Assembly (NCBI GenBank): GCA_963844645.1
Contig: CAWJPC010000001.1
Span: forward strand, 494,843 to 558,842
From: an uncultured Acidobacteriota bacterium
GTDB lineage: Bacteria > Acidobacteriota > Terriglobia > Acidiferrales > UBA7541
Length of the DNA: 64,000 nucleotides
Reading direction: 5' to 3'
How positions within the stretch are numbered: position 1 is the stretch's first letter; each line of letters opens with the position of its first letter. The notes beneath the pieces are model-generated. The model was not told where the DNA came from. It searched no databases and saw only the letters and a list, made by a program, of their open reading frames with translations. A program made the position numbers and the translations under genes. Shown piece after piece: positions 48,051 to 57,360 of the stretch.

Positions 48051-50513
48051 TTGAAGAAAGATTTGAGCAAAAGTTCCAAGCCCCAACACGCCAGCCTGCC
48101 GCCGGAAAAGCTGCGTTGGCAGTGCGATCCTGCGCGCATCCCGTTTGCAACCACGGCGGATGTCGCGCCGTCCACCGGTGAACCCGGCCAGGAACGCGCC
48201 GTGCGTGCATTGAAAATGGGCGTCGAACTTACTGCGCCGGGCTACAACGTTTTCGTCTGCGGACTTTCGGGCACCAGCCGCGGCGGCATGATCGTGCGGA
48301 TGGTCGAAGCCATGCATCCGCAATCGAAATCCGCGCCGGACCGCTGCTACGTCAACAATTTCAAGAATGCCGACCGTCCGCGCCTTCTTACCCTTCCGCG
48401 CGGCCAGGCCAATGCCTTCAAAAAAGAAATGGACTCCGGCGTCGACTTCTTGCGCCGGCGCATCCCGCAAGTTTTCGAAGGCGAGCCTTTCCAGCGCCAG
48501 AAGACGCGCATCGTCGAGCGTTTCACCCAGCGTGAAAAAGAATTGATGGACGATTTCACGCGCCGCATCGCGCGCGAACAGTTCGCGCTGGGCCGCATGC
48601 AGGTTGGCGCGGTCGCGCTGCCCGAAATTTTCCCCGTACTCGAAGGCCAGATGGTGCCCATCGAGGAAGTTCCGAAGATGGTGCAGGAGGGAAAACTCGA
48701 AAGCGCCGCGGCGGAAGATCTCGAACGCAAGTACGACCAGTTTCGTCAGGAATTCACCGTCGTCTACCGCAAGACCCTTTCGCTTTCGCGCGAGCTGGCC
48801 AGCGAGATGAGCTACCTCGAACAGGAAGCCGCATCTGTTCTCGTCGACGGCGTGATCGAAGAGCTGAAGGAGAAATATCCCAGCTCGCAGATCAGCGAAT
48901 ATCTCGAGGAAGTCCGCCACCACATCCTCGACAACCTCGATCCTTTTAAAGAGCGCGAAGGTGAGGACGACGCCTCGCCTCCCTCGGAAGGCGGAGGTGG
49001 CCTGAGGCCGGAGCGCCAAGAACGGGATCCGTTCCGCGTCTACGGTGTGAACGTGATCCTCGCGCACGGCGAATCGGACACCTGCCCCGTGATTTTCGAG
49101 ACGATTCCGACCTACGCGAATCTTTTCGGCACCGTGAATCGCAGTTACGATTCACGTGGAGGTTGGAGTTCGGATTTCATGGACCTGCGCGGCGGCTCGC
49201 TGCTTCGCGCCGACGGCGGCTTCCTGGTGATGTACGCGCTTGATACGCTCACTGAAACCGGTGTGTGGCGCACTCTGAAGCGCACGCTTAATCACGGCAA
49301 GCTCGAAATTCAGCCGGTCGATATGTTTTTCCCGTTTCCCTCGGCCGCGATGAAGCCTGAGCCGATCGACGTTCACGTGAAAATCATCCTGATCGGCGAC
49401 CGCGAGATGTACGAGCTGCTTTACGATTTTGAGGAAGACTTCAAAAAGATCTTCAAAATTCGCGTCGAGTTCGACGAGGAAATGAAGTGGTCCGACGAGG
49501 TGATCCACCACTACGCCGGCCGCCTGAGAAAAATCTGCGACGACGAAAAACTGCTGCCGTTTGACCGCGACGCCTTCGCCGCGATTCTCGAGCACGGTGT
49601 GCGCCTGGCCGGGCGCCGCGGCAAAATTACCACGCGCTTTTTCGATCTCGCGGATCTCGCGCGTGAATCGTCCTACATCGCAAAGGACCGCAGCTGCGAA
49701 GTTGTCACCGGCCCCCATGTGCGCGACGCGCTTGACGCGAAAATCGAGCGCCACAATCTCACCGAAACGAAAATCCGCGAGATGGTCGAACAGAATCTCC
49801 TCTTCATTGACACAGATGGCGGCCGCGTCGGCCAGGTCAACGGCTTGAGCGTCCTCGAAGTCGGCGGCTACGCTTTCGGAAAACCGGTCCGCATCACCGC
49901 GTCGGCGTCGCCCGGAAAAGTGGGGATCATCAACATCGAGCGCGAAGCGAATCTCAGCGGCCGCTTTCACGACAAAGGCGTCGAAATTATTGGAGGCTTC
50001 ATCCGCCGTACGTTCGCGCAGGATAAGCCGCTCGCTCTGTCCGCCAGCGTTTGTTTCGAGCAGTCCTACTCCGGCGTCGATGGCGATAGCGCGAGCTCCA
50101 CCGAAATTTATGCGCTTCTCTCCGCGCTTTCTGAAGTGCCAATTCGTCAGGACCTCGCCGTCACAGGATCGGTAAATCAACAGGGTGACGTGCAGCCCAT
50201 CGGTGGCGTGAATCAGAAAATCGAGGGCTTCTACGATGTGTGCAAACTCAAGGGGCTCACCGGCTCGCAGGGCGTCCTGATTCCGTCCGAGAATGTGGAC
50301 GACCTGATGCTGCGCGAGGAAGTCGTGAAAGCCGTCGCCGACGGAAGATTTCATCTTTATCCCGTCGAACACATTTCGCAGGGCATCGAGATTCTCACCG
50401 GCGAGCGCGCGGGTAAGCGCAGCGCGGCCGGAAAGTTCGATGCCGGATCGATTTTTGCGAAGGTCGATGCGCGCCTGCACGAAATGGCGCGCACCATGCA
50501 GAAATTTCACTAG
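48051..50513 (+). CDS. Lon-like (S16) protease with a degenerate P-loop, LonC-type
   Basis: 820 aa. N-terminal GQERAVRALKMGV...GYNVFVCGLSGTSRG where related proteins carry GxxGxGK[ST]. Long helical insertion. C-terminal protease domain with SGVDGDSASS (Ser) and GGVNQKIEG (Lys). Confidence 0.8.
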   Translation: MKKDLSKSSKPQHASLPPEKLRWQCDPARIPFATTADVAPSTGEPGQERAVRALKMGVELTAPGYNVFVCGLSGTSRGGMIVRMVEAMHPQSKSAPDRCYVNNFKNADRPRLLTLPRGQANAFKKEMDSGVDFLRRRIPQVFEGEPFQRQKTRIVERFTQREKELMDDFTRRIAREQFALGRMQVGAVALPEIFPVLEGQMVPIEEVPKMVQEGKLESAAAEDLERKYDQFRQEFTVVYRKTLSLSRELASEMSYLEQEAASVLVDGVIEELKEKYPSSQISEYLEEVRHHILDNLDPFKEREGEDDASPPSEGGGGLRPERQERDPFRVYGVNVILAHGESDTCPVIFETIPTYANLFGTVNRSYDSRGGWSSDFMDLRGGSLLRADGGFLVMYALDTLTETGVWRTLKRTLNHGKLEIQPVDMFFPFPSAAMKPEPIDVHVKIILIGDREMYELLYDFEEDFKKIFKIRVEFDEEMKWSDEVIHHYAGRLRKICDDEKLLPFDRDAFAAILEHGVRLAGRRGKITTRFFDLADLARESSYIAKDRSCEVVTGPHVRDALDAKIERHNLTETKIREMVEQNLLFIDTDGGRVGQVNGLSVLEVGGYAFGKPVRITASASPGKVGIINIEREANLSGRFHDKGVEIIGGFIRRTFAQDKPLALSASVCFEQSYSGVDGDSASSTEIYALLSALSEVPIRQDLAVTGSVNQQGDVQPIGGVNQKIEGFYDVCKLKGLTGSQGVLIPSENVDDLMLREEVVKAVADGRFHLYPVEHISQGIEILTGERAGKRSAAGKFDAGSIFAKVDARLHEMARTMQKFH

Positions 50514-50545
50514 CGCGCCAAAACGCTCGCGCGGACTGCCGCTCG

Positions 50546-51808
50546 TCAGATCAGCCGCCGCATCTTCATCTTGAGCGTCAGCGTCTGCCCGTTGCGCTCA
50601 ACAAGCAGTTTGTAAGAGTGACCCGCCGTCTCGTTTCCCGTTTTTTGAAACGCGTCGCGCAGTTCCGTCAGGGTGTAATCCGCCGCAGGCTCGTCGTCGA
50701 CGCCGGAAATCACGTCGCCAACCTGTATTCCCGCGTCGTGTCCGGGAGTTCCTTTCTGCACGCCCACCACTTCGAATGTGCGCAGGTTATTGCCTTTCGC
50801 GACGATCGCAAGCCCGCTCATATCCGCGTCCTCCAGCGTGTTGATCTGCAGATTCGGCTCCAGAATTACGCGCTGGTGCGGCAGATCGAAAATTACGTTG
50901 AAGCGCCGCAGAAAACCACCGCCGATCGCCCCCGCAATTTTCGAATCCTTCACGCCTTTCAGATTCTCCTGGGAAAACACGCCGACGGAGTTTTCGACTG
51001 TGTACGGTTTCAGCTCGAACGCCCGCACGCGTCCCAGAATGATTTTCGCGCCGTCGTCGACCTGAGGGTCGCTGGCTTCCTGCGAGTGAAAATGGGCCGC
51101 GGAAATTTTCTGTGAATCGGTGAACCCGCGCGAGAAAAGAAACGAGTAATCGACCGCCGTATCGAACACGAACTGTGCTTCGAACGCCTTGTGCCCGGAG
51201 ATTTCGAATTTCGCACGCACCGCCGGTCCTGCCGGCGTCATCGAAACGGGAAAGCTTGTGCCCTGACCCGAATACGTGAACGACGCGGGATCGTAAATCT
51301 GAAGCGTCTGGCGGTTATAGTTGATCTCCACCACGGTCCTTGAAAGAAAATCGCGGCCCAGCACTCCACGCACATTCTGTCCGAACTGTTCCGCGAATTT
51401 CGGATGCGCCACCACCGGCAGCGTCACCATCGGCACCTGCACGCCCGGCATTTTCAGCACGGCATACGAAAGTGCGTTGCCCGTTGCGCCCGGAGCCGCC
51501 CCCGGCTCGATACTTGTGACTTCCGCCGACGAATCCAGCAGAAAAAACCCAGGTGTCCCTCCATTCAGCTGCATCGGAATGAAAATCAAATTGTTCAGAA
51601 ACGTCGCAGGAATTTGTGCGGCGTTTCCGCCGAATGAGTAGCGAATCGCCGAAGGATCCGCGACGGCGGGCGTTTGCGCGGGCCGCTGCTGTGCTTGACC
51701 GGCAGGAGCTTGTTGCGGCGGCGCCTGCTGTGCCTGTTGGCGCGCAGTCGCGCCGAGCGTGAGCGGCAAAATGATCGCAACGAGGAAGTAGGGAGCGCGC
51801 AATTTCAT
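50546..51808 (-). CDS. secreted retropepsin-like (Asp_protease_2-type) two-lobed protein with C-terminal PDZ domain
   Basis: ATG 51806-51808 follows AGGAGA; signal peptide. Lobe motifs FFLLDSSAEVTSI and FVFDTAVDYSF. PDZ-like segment GIQVGDVISGVDDEP. Confidence 0.65.
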   Translation of the reverse strand: MKLRAPYFLVAIILPLTLGATARQQAQQAPPQQAPAGQAQQRPAQTPAVADPSAIRYSFGGNAAQIPATFLNNLIFIPMQLNGGTPGFFLLDSSAEVTSIEPGAAPGATGNALSYAVLKMPGVQVPMVTLPVVAHPKFAEQFGQNVRGVLGRDFLSRTVVEINYNRQTLQIYDPASFTYSGQGTSFPVSMTPAGPAVRAKFEISGHKAFEAQFVFDTAVDYSFLFSRGFTDSQKISAAHFHSQEASDPQVDDGAKIILGRVRAFELKPYTVENSVGVFSQENLKGVKDSKIAGAIGGGFLRRFNVIFDLPHQRVILEPNLQINTLEDADMSGLAIVAKGNNLRTFEVVGVQKGTPGHDAGIQVGDVISGVDDEPAADYTLTELRDAFQKTGNETAGHSYKLLVERNGQTLTLKMKMRRLI

Positions 51809-51905
51809 CAAGTCTCCTGACTGCGCCATTTTTAGAGCGTGGCCAGCCAAGGATTATAAGCCCATCAAGAGATGCGTCACGCCGGGAATGCGTGGCCCGC
51901 AGTTT

Positions 51906-53033
51906 TCAAGGAGCCGGTGACGGCGCTTCCGCCGGCGCCTGGTATCCTTCGCGGGCAAAAATTCTTGCCGCGGGATTTTTTGCGTCGGACGCAAGTGGCT
52001 GACCGTCCGCCCCTACCAGCTGTACCTCGATCAGATGAAATTTTCCGTCGTGTTGCGGCGCGATACCCAGCACGTATTCATGCCGCAGCGCCGCTGCGAT
52101 TTGGCGGTAGGCCGGCACAAAATCGGTCGGCGACTTCGGGAAAAACGCGCGTCCGCCCGTCATCGCCGCAAGCGCCTGCAAGTCGGCGGTCGATTGCGCG
52201 AAGCTCAAAGGATTTGCAGGCTCCCCCGGTGTGGGTTTCTTTTTCTTATCGGTTTGCGCGGTGCGAAGGCTGCCGCCGAGCGCCACCGGAAAGATCACAT
52301 CGTCCTGCGCGCGCACCCGCGCCGTCAATGCGCTCCAATTCGAGCGCGGCGACGAATCGAGGCCCGTGGTCAACAGCACGAGCGCTTTCTTGTCGGTGAT
52401 CGGCGCGATCTGGTCGATCACGGAGGCCACCGAAATGAAAAAATTGAGTTGCCCCGTGCCAAGCACGTATTGCAGCTGGCGAATCGCCGTCGCCAACGAC
52501 GATTTGTCCGAGGTGAAATCGATGAGCCCGCGCGGCGCATCATCGTAGGCGACCAGGGCGACTTCATCGTATGAAGCGAGGCCTTCGAGCAACGCCGACG
52601 CGCCGGCAAGGTGTTGGTTTTGAATCAGGTAGACCGCCGGGCTGGTCTCGATCATTACCACGACTTTCGCGGGCGCGTCATCCGGGGTGAAAGCAAGTAC
52701 CGGCGTGTCCGATCCACGATCGATCACGCGAAAGTCCTTTTGCGTAAGCCCACCGACGAAATCGCCCGAAGGGTTCATCACGCTCACCACCACTCGTACG
52801 ATCTCAGTCCGCGCCTGAATCGCCTGCTGCTTTCCGCGTCCGCTCGCCGTCGCTCCGGTGAATGCGAATGCCGCACCCAACACGCCCGACGCAAGCACAC
52901 CAATTCCGCGCCAAAAACTAAATCGAAAGGAATTTCGTGCCAGACGAGGCGAACGCGAAGCGGAACCGATTCGTTGCAGGGGCGCTCTCACGAGGTGCCT
53001 TGAAGAAAAACAAGAGAGCGGCCTCGGCCACAA
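51906..53033 (-). CDS. von Willebrand factor A domain protein (VWFA-related acidobacterial type)
   Basis: Signal/anchor, then VVSVMNPSG...FRVIDRGSDTPVLAF...VVVMIETS..., resembling the TIGR03436-type VWFA family common in Acidobacteria. Confidence 0.7.
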   Translation of the reverse strand: MWPRPLSCFSSRHLVRAPLQRIGSASRSPRLARNSFRFSFWRGIGVLASGVLGAAFAFTGATASGRGKQQAIQARTEIVRVVVSVMNPSGDFVGGLTQKDFRVIDRGSDTPVLAFTPDDAPAKVVVMIETSPAVYLIQNQHLAGASALLEGLASYDEVALVAYDDAPRGLIDFTSDKSSLATAIRQLQYVLGTGQLNFFISVASVIDQIAPITDKKALVLLTTGLDSSPRSNWSALTARVRAQDDVIFPVALGGSLRTAQTDKKKKPTPGEPANPLSFAQSTADLQALAAMTGGRAFFPKSPTDFVPAYRQIAAALRHEYVLGIAPQHDGKFHLIEVQLVGADGQPLASDAKNPAARIFAREGYQAPAEAPSPAP

Positions 53034-53073
53034 CCGCTCCGAATGCCGCTCTCTTAAGACTCGCTAGGCCAAA

Positions 53074-53964
53074 CTAGTTCGTGCCAGACGGAGCCGCGGC
53101 GCTGCTGCTCGACGACGGCGCCGAGGTACCAGCCTTAGGCGTGCTCAGGTAGCCTTTCGCCTCGTCTTTGTTCAGCGTGAACACGACGATCTCGTACGGT
53201 TGGCGCGCGCCAATCACGTAGAACTGGATCGGTTCGCCCACCGTCTTGTCCTTCTTCTCGATGCTCTTGTCATCGGCGATTACGTTCATCGTGTACTTGT
53301 ATTTCTTGGTGTCGACCTTCTTCAGTTGAACCTGAATCGGACCCACGTGCTGCGGGGTATTTGACTTCACCAGATCGAACTCGAAAATGTCGCGCTCGCC
53401 GCGCCGCTTCAGTTCTTCCACTTCGTCGTGGTTCCGCGCGATCAAGCCGCTCTGCACACCCAGGTCGCCCATCGTGCTTTGGAGCTTGGTCTTTGTGGTT
53501 TCCAGGTCAGCCTTTGTGGAGGCTACGTCGGTGTTGGTCTTCGTGATTTCCGTCGAAACTTCGCCGATTTTCGTCGAAGCGTCGGCTTCCACCTGGCCAA
53601 TCTGTTCCTTCAGGGCCTTGTCGCTCCGAAGCTGGTCGCGCTTGATGTTGTCCGAAAGTGTCCGCGCACGAGCCAGTTCGTCCTGCGTCAGGCCCAACTT
53701 CTGCGAGGTCACATCCAACTGACCCTTCAAATCCGCAATTCGCGTATTCGTCTTGTCCAGTTCCGCGGCAAGCGCTTGCGTCTTGTGATCCGCGTCCGCC
53801 AATCCCTTCTTCGCCGCCTCGCGCTCGGTGTATCCCGCGTACAGCAGGTACGCAACCAGCGCAAACGCCACTGCAAAAAGCAAACTCACCCAACGCGGCA
53901 ACGAGCCGCTCTCTACCACCACCGGTGCGTCTTCGCCCGGCAGGTTCGGGGTCGAACTCATCAA
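53074..53964 (-). CDS. hypothetical membrane-anchored coiled-coil protein with a small C-terminal beta domain
   Basis: RBS GAAGGAGG. TM WVSLLFAVAFALVAYLLYAGY. About 150 aa of heptad-like sequence (TKADLETTKTKLQSTMGDL). The C-terminal ~90 aa are non-helical. Confidence 0.6.
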   Translation of the reverse strand: MMSSTPNLPGEDAPVVVESGSLPRWVSLLFAVAFALVAYLLYAGYTEREAAKKGLADADHKTQALAAELDKTNTRIADLKGQLDVTSQKLGLTQDELARARTLSDNIKRDQLRSDKALKEQIGQVEADASTKIGEVSTEITKTNTDVASTKADLETTKTKLQSTMGDLGVQSGLIARNHDEVEELKRRGERDIFEFDLVKSNTPQHVGPIQVQLKKVDTKKYKYTMNVIADDKSIEKKDKTVGEPIQFYVIGARQPYEIVVFTLNKDEAKGYLSTPKAGTSAPSSSSSAAAPSGTN

Positions 53965-54161
53965 GCCTCCTTCAGCGCGGCCTCACCGCTGCCAAAAAAC
54001 TACGGCGGATTATGGCCGACTCATTCTTTGAAGTCTATCCTATATGGCGCGGTGTTGCGGTAATGACACGAGGCGGCATGGCGGGGCATTTCGGGGCAAC
54101 TTGCTCCACTTCGCCATTTTCGATATGCTCCGCTCTTTCTTGTGATGGCGACTGGGGCCCG

Positions 54162-54543
54162 ATGATTTGTCCGCGATGTCGAAGCGTTGAATGCTACAGG
54201 TCGCATCGTGGGGGTGTACTCGATTTCATCGCCAGCACGACTACTCTTCGGCCGTGGCGCTGTCATGATGTGCGAGGAACGCTTCTACGCCTGGAAAGTA
54301 GCTACTGCATATTCGTTTAACGCGCACTGTCCGCGTTGCGGTAATTTCGATCTGGAACACATTTCCCGCGAGCGCGTCGAAACCGGCACAATGCTCACCC
54401 TCAAGCGCTGGCTCGGTTTTCCCGCCTACCGATGCGATCCCTGCCGTTTCCGCTTCTTCAGCATCAGGCCGTTCCGCAGGATCATGCCATCTGTCGCGGC
54501 GGCTCCGGCGACTTCCGGCGCACCTGCCGCCGATAAAGGTTGA
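54162..54543 (+). pseudogene. small protein with two tandem zinc-ribbon repeats, frame broken by one extra base near 54267 as sequenced
   Basis: MICPRCRSVECYRSHR...RPWRCH (frame of the 53658 ORF) joins MCEERFYAWK...CPRCGNFDLEHISRER...YRCDPCRFRFF (frame of the 54187 ORF) when g54267 is removed. This gives two CPRC...RCxxCxxRF(Y/F) units. Confidence 0.5.
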
Positions 54544-55219
54544 CGCCTGGACCCGCTTGTCGCTAATCTTCTGGCCGATGTATCTGCTCCCCAAGTCGTG
54601 TTGTTGCCGCTGACCTCGTAGTCCCTCTCGTGCGTCCGTTCTCCATTTGAACTAAATCGCTCGCCGCGATATTTTTTTGCTCTCGCGGTCTCGTGAGTTT
54701 TGCAAGCCGTACAAGTCTTCCCCCAGCGTCGGATTCCATTGGGGCGTCGTGGCAATTCAGCGACCTTAACAACCTCCGGCGCGGCTTAATGCGCGGTCGA
54801 AGAGCAAAAGGAGAAAAAACAGCGAATCTCAGGGCTCGCAACCCGCGCCCGCGACCAATTGTTACAACGCTCCAAACCCAGGCGTTCACGAGCCCTAACC
54901 TACTCCGCCTGTTTGTTTTGCGTTGTAACGCACAATTCACATTGCCGTCACGGGTAGTTCAAACCCCGCTCTTAAGGTGCTTGCACTTTGGGGCCACAGT
55001 GACGCAGCAACGCGTGCGAACGGTGGGGTATGGACAGCCGGTTTGGGTCGTAAGCCGTAACGTTGTGAAGCTTGTTTGAGATCACACAAATCGCAAGCCT
55101 GCGTTCTGAATTCGCGCGAACAGCATGGGTGGATGAGCACCGGAAACCGGAGTGGGCGAAGACCGACGCAGTAGCGAATTGTGCGCAGAGAACGGCAGTC
55201 AATTCAAGGAGGAAGGGAA

Positions 55220-57211
55220 ATGCGAGCATTTGCAACATGGCTTTTGGCCCTTGGTCTCGCTGCAGCACCGGCGATGGCGGGGACCGGGTCAGGCGACAAG
55301 GATTCGTCAACGAAGCCGAATGACGACACCAAGTCAGCCGCCACTACCACCAACTCGACGGACAAGCCGGCAGCTCCTGCGGCAGCCCCCACGGGCTTGG
55401 AGAGTGAGCTTCAGCAACTTCGTGAACTAATCGAAGCTCAATCCAAGCAACTGCAGGAACAGAATCAGCAGCTCCGCTTGCAGCAGCAGCGCATGCAAAT
55501 CATGGAGACCGAGCTGAGCAACTCGTCCTCGTCGAAGAGTCCTGCTTCCGGCGAGAACGCGGATTCTTCGATGTCCGCTCCGGCGAGTCGCACGATCGCC
55601 ATCAACAATGCCATGCCCATCGACACGACCATGGCGGGCGCGGGCCAGGGCACCGAGGACGCTTACCAGATCCACTTCAAGGGCATTACCATGACTCCGA
55701 CGGGCTTTACGGCAGCCGAAACCGTGTGGCGCGGCAAGGCTACGAGTTCGGACGTCAACACGCCGTTTAACTCGATTCCGCTGCCCGGAACTTCCGCCAG
55801 CAACGTCAGTGAGTTCAACGCGAGCGGACGTCAGTCGCGCATCGGAATGTTGTTTCAGGGCAAGCTGAGCAACGTCACAATCGGCGGCTACTACGAAGGT
55901 GACTTCCTCGGCGCTGGTAGCTCTTCTAACGACAACTCCAGCAACAGCTACGTGTTTCGTCAGCGCCAGTTCTGGGGCCAGGCGAAGTTCGAAAACGGGT
56001 TTACGATCACCGGCGGCCAGATGTGGAGCTTGGTCACGGAAACCACGAAGGCCCTGGATAACCGCACGGAAGCTCTCCCGCTCACGATTGACCCGCAATA
56101 TACGGTCGGCTTCAGCTGGGCGCGCCAGTACGGAATGCGCTTCACCAAGGGCTTCTGGGACAACAAGCTGACTTTCGGCCTCGCCGTGGAAGAGCCGCAG
56201 ACCACCTTTACCGTTCACGGCAACCCGACCGGCACGATCACTTCCGGTCAGACCACCGTGCTGGTTCCGACTTCTACCACTTGCCCTGTGGAGCCTTGCA
56301 CGGCGCTCGTCGGCGGCACCACTACCACCTACACCAACTTCCTGCTCGGCCAACCTGGCACCAGCGGCGGTTTGTACAATCCGCTAGCGAACTACTCCTA
56401 CAACTCCGCTCCGGACATCATCGTGAAAGCTGCGCTTGATGCCTTCGGCGGCCATTACGAAGTTTTCGGAATCGTCAGCCAGTTCCGCGACCGGATCTTC
56501 CCCTGTGTCGTTGGAATTTCGATCACCACTCCGTGCCCGATCGACGGATCCACCGCTCCTTCCGCAGTCGGCGCGTTCAACAACTCGCGCACCGGCGGCG
56601 GCGTCGGTGCCAACGCGCGTTGGAGCTTGCTATCCAAGCGTGTCGACCTCGGCGTTCATTTCCTGGGCGGCAGCGGCGTTGGCCGCTACGGTACCGGTGG
56701 TCTTGCCGATGCGACGATTCGTCCGGACGGCACCATCGCTCTGCTTCACAACTACCAGGCTCTCGGCACGATCCAGTTCCATCCCACGCCGAAGCTGGAT
56801 ATCTACCTCAACGCGGGCGGTGAGTACGCGGGACGCGCGGCCTACTTGGTTGGTACGAAGGGTGAAGGCTACGGTTCGCCGCTGTTCAACAACTCCGGCT
56901 GCTGGACGGAGACCGCGCCGACTACCACTGTGCCCGCCGGAACTACAGGGGGCGCGGGCTACATCCCGGGCGCACTCGCCAATTGCACGGGTGACACTCG
57001 CAACCTGCTCGAAGGCACCGTTGGCTTCTGGTACCGCTTCTACAAGGGTCCCAAGGGCGCGGTCGCTTTCGGTATGCAGGGCTCCTATGTTGTTCGCAAT
57101 ACCTGGAGCGGCGTGGGTCTCGCAACGTCGCCGACCGGTTACGGTCTCTCCGGTCAGCCGACGGTCTCCGAGCCGATGTGGTTAACCTCGTTCCGCTACT
57201 ACTTGCCGTAA
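55220..57211 (+). CDS. outer-membrane beta-barrel porin-like protein with an N-terminal coiled-coil segment
   Basis: ATG 55220 follows AGGAGG. Signal MRAFATWLLALGLAAAPAMA. Segment LESELQQLRELIEAQSKQLQEQNQQLRLQQQRMQIMETEL. Then about 520 aa of Gly/Tyr/Thr-rich alternating sequence ending in SFRYYLP. Confidence 0.7.
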   Translation: MRAFATWLLALGLAAAPAMAGTGSGDKDSSTKPNDDTKSAATTTNSTDKPAAPAAAPTGLESELQQLRELIEAQSKQLQEQNQQLRLQQQRMQIMETELSNSSSSKSPASGENADSSMSAPASRTIAINNAMPIDTTMAGAGQGTEDAYQIHFKGITMTPTGFTAAETVWRGKATSSDVNTPFNSIPLPGTSASNVSEFNASGRQSRIGMLFQGKLSNVTIGGYYEGDFLGAGSSSNDNSSNSYVFRQRQFWGQAKFENGFTITGGQMWSLVTETTKALDNRTEALPLTIDPQYTVGFSWARQYGMRFTKGFWDNKLTFGLAVEEPQTTFTVHGNPTGTITSGQTTVLVPTSTTCPVEPCTALVGGTTTTYTNFLLGQPGTSGGLYNPLANYSYNSAPDIIVKAALDAFGGHYEVFGIVSQFRDRIFPCVVGISITTPCPIDGSTAPSAVGAFNNSRTGGGVGANARWSLLSKRVDLGVHFLGGSGVGRYGTGGLADATIRPDGTIALLHNYQALGTIQFHPTPKLDIYLNAGGEYAGRAAYLVGTKGEGYGSPLFNNSGCWTETAPTTTVPAGTTGGAGYIPGALANCTGDTRNLLEGTVGFWYRFYKGPKGAVAFGMQGSYVVRNTWSGVGLATSPTGYGLSGQPTVSEPMWLTSFRYYLP

Positions 57212-57256
57212 CTGGCGGTTGTTGCCTCGAACGACTAGCAAGTGATTCGGGAAATG

Positions 57257-57292
57257 GGGCGTCTCGCGAAAGCGGGATGCCCTTTTTCTTTT
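57257..57292 (+). terminator. intrinsic terminator of the porin gene
   Basis: 11-bp stem gggcgtctcgc / gcgggatgccc with a GAAA tetraloop, followed by tttttctttt. Confidence 0.75.
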
Positions 57293-57360
57293 GCACTGGG
57301 CTTCTCACACGATGAGAAAATCATCGATGCCGTATTGTTCTGTGCGAAGTATCCATTTCA

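Noticed and set aside
48012-50510. Two long minus-strand ORFs (351 aa and 452 aa)
   Set aside because: Both mirror the Lon-like protease gene. They show stop-codon depletion caused by GC-rich codon bias of the real frame, and no motifs.
54544-55219. Known riboswitch in the porin leader
   Set aside because: I could not recognise the conserved core of any riboswitch class I know (TPP, cobalamin, SAM, glycine, c-di-GMP). It is kept only as an unexplained long leader.
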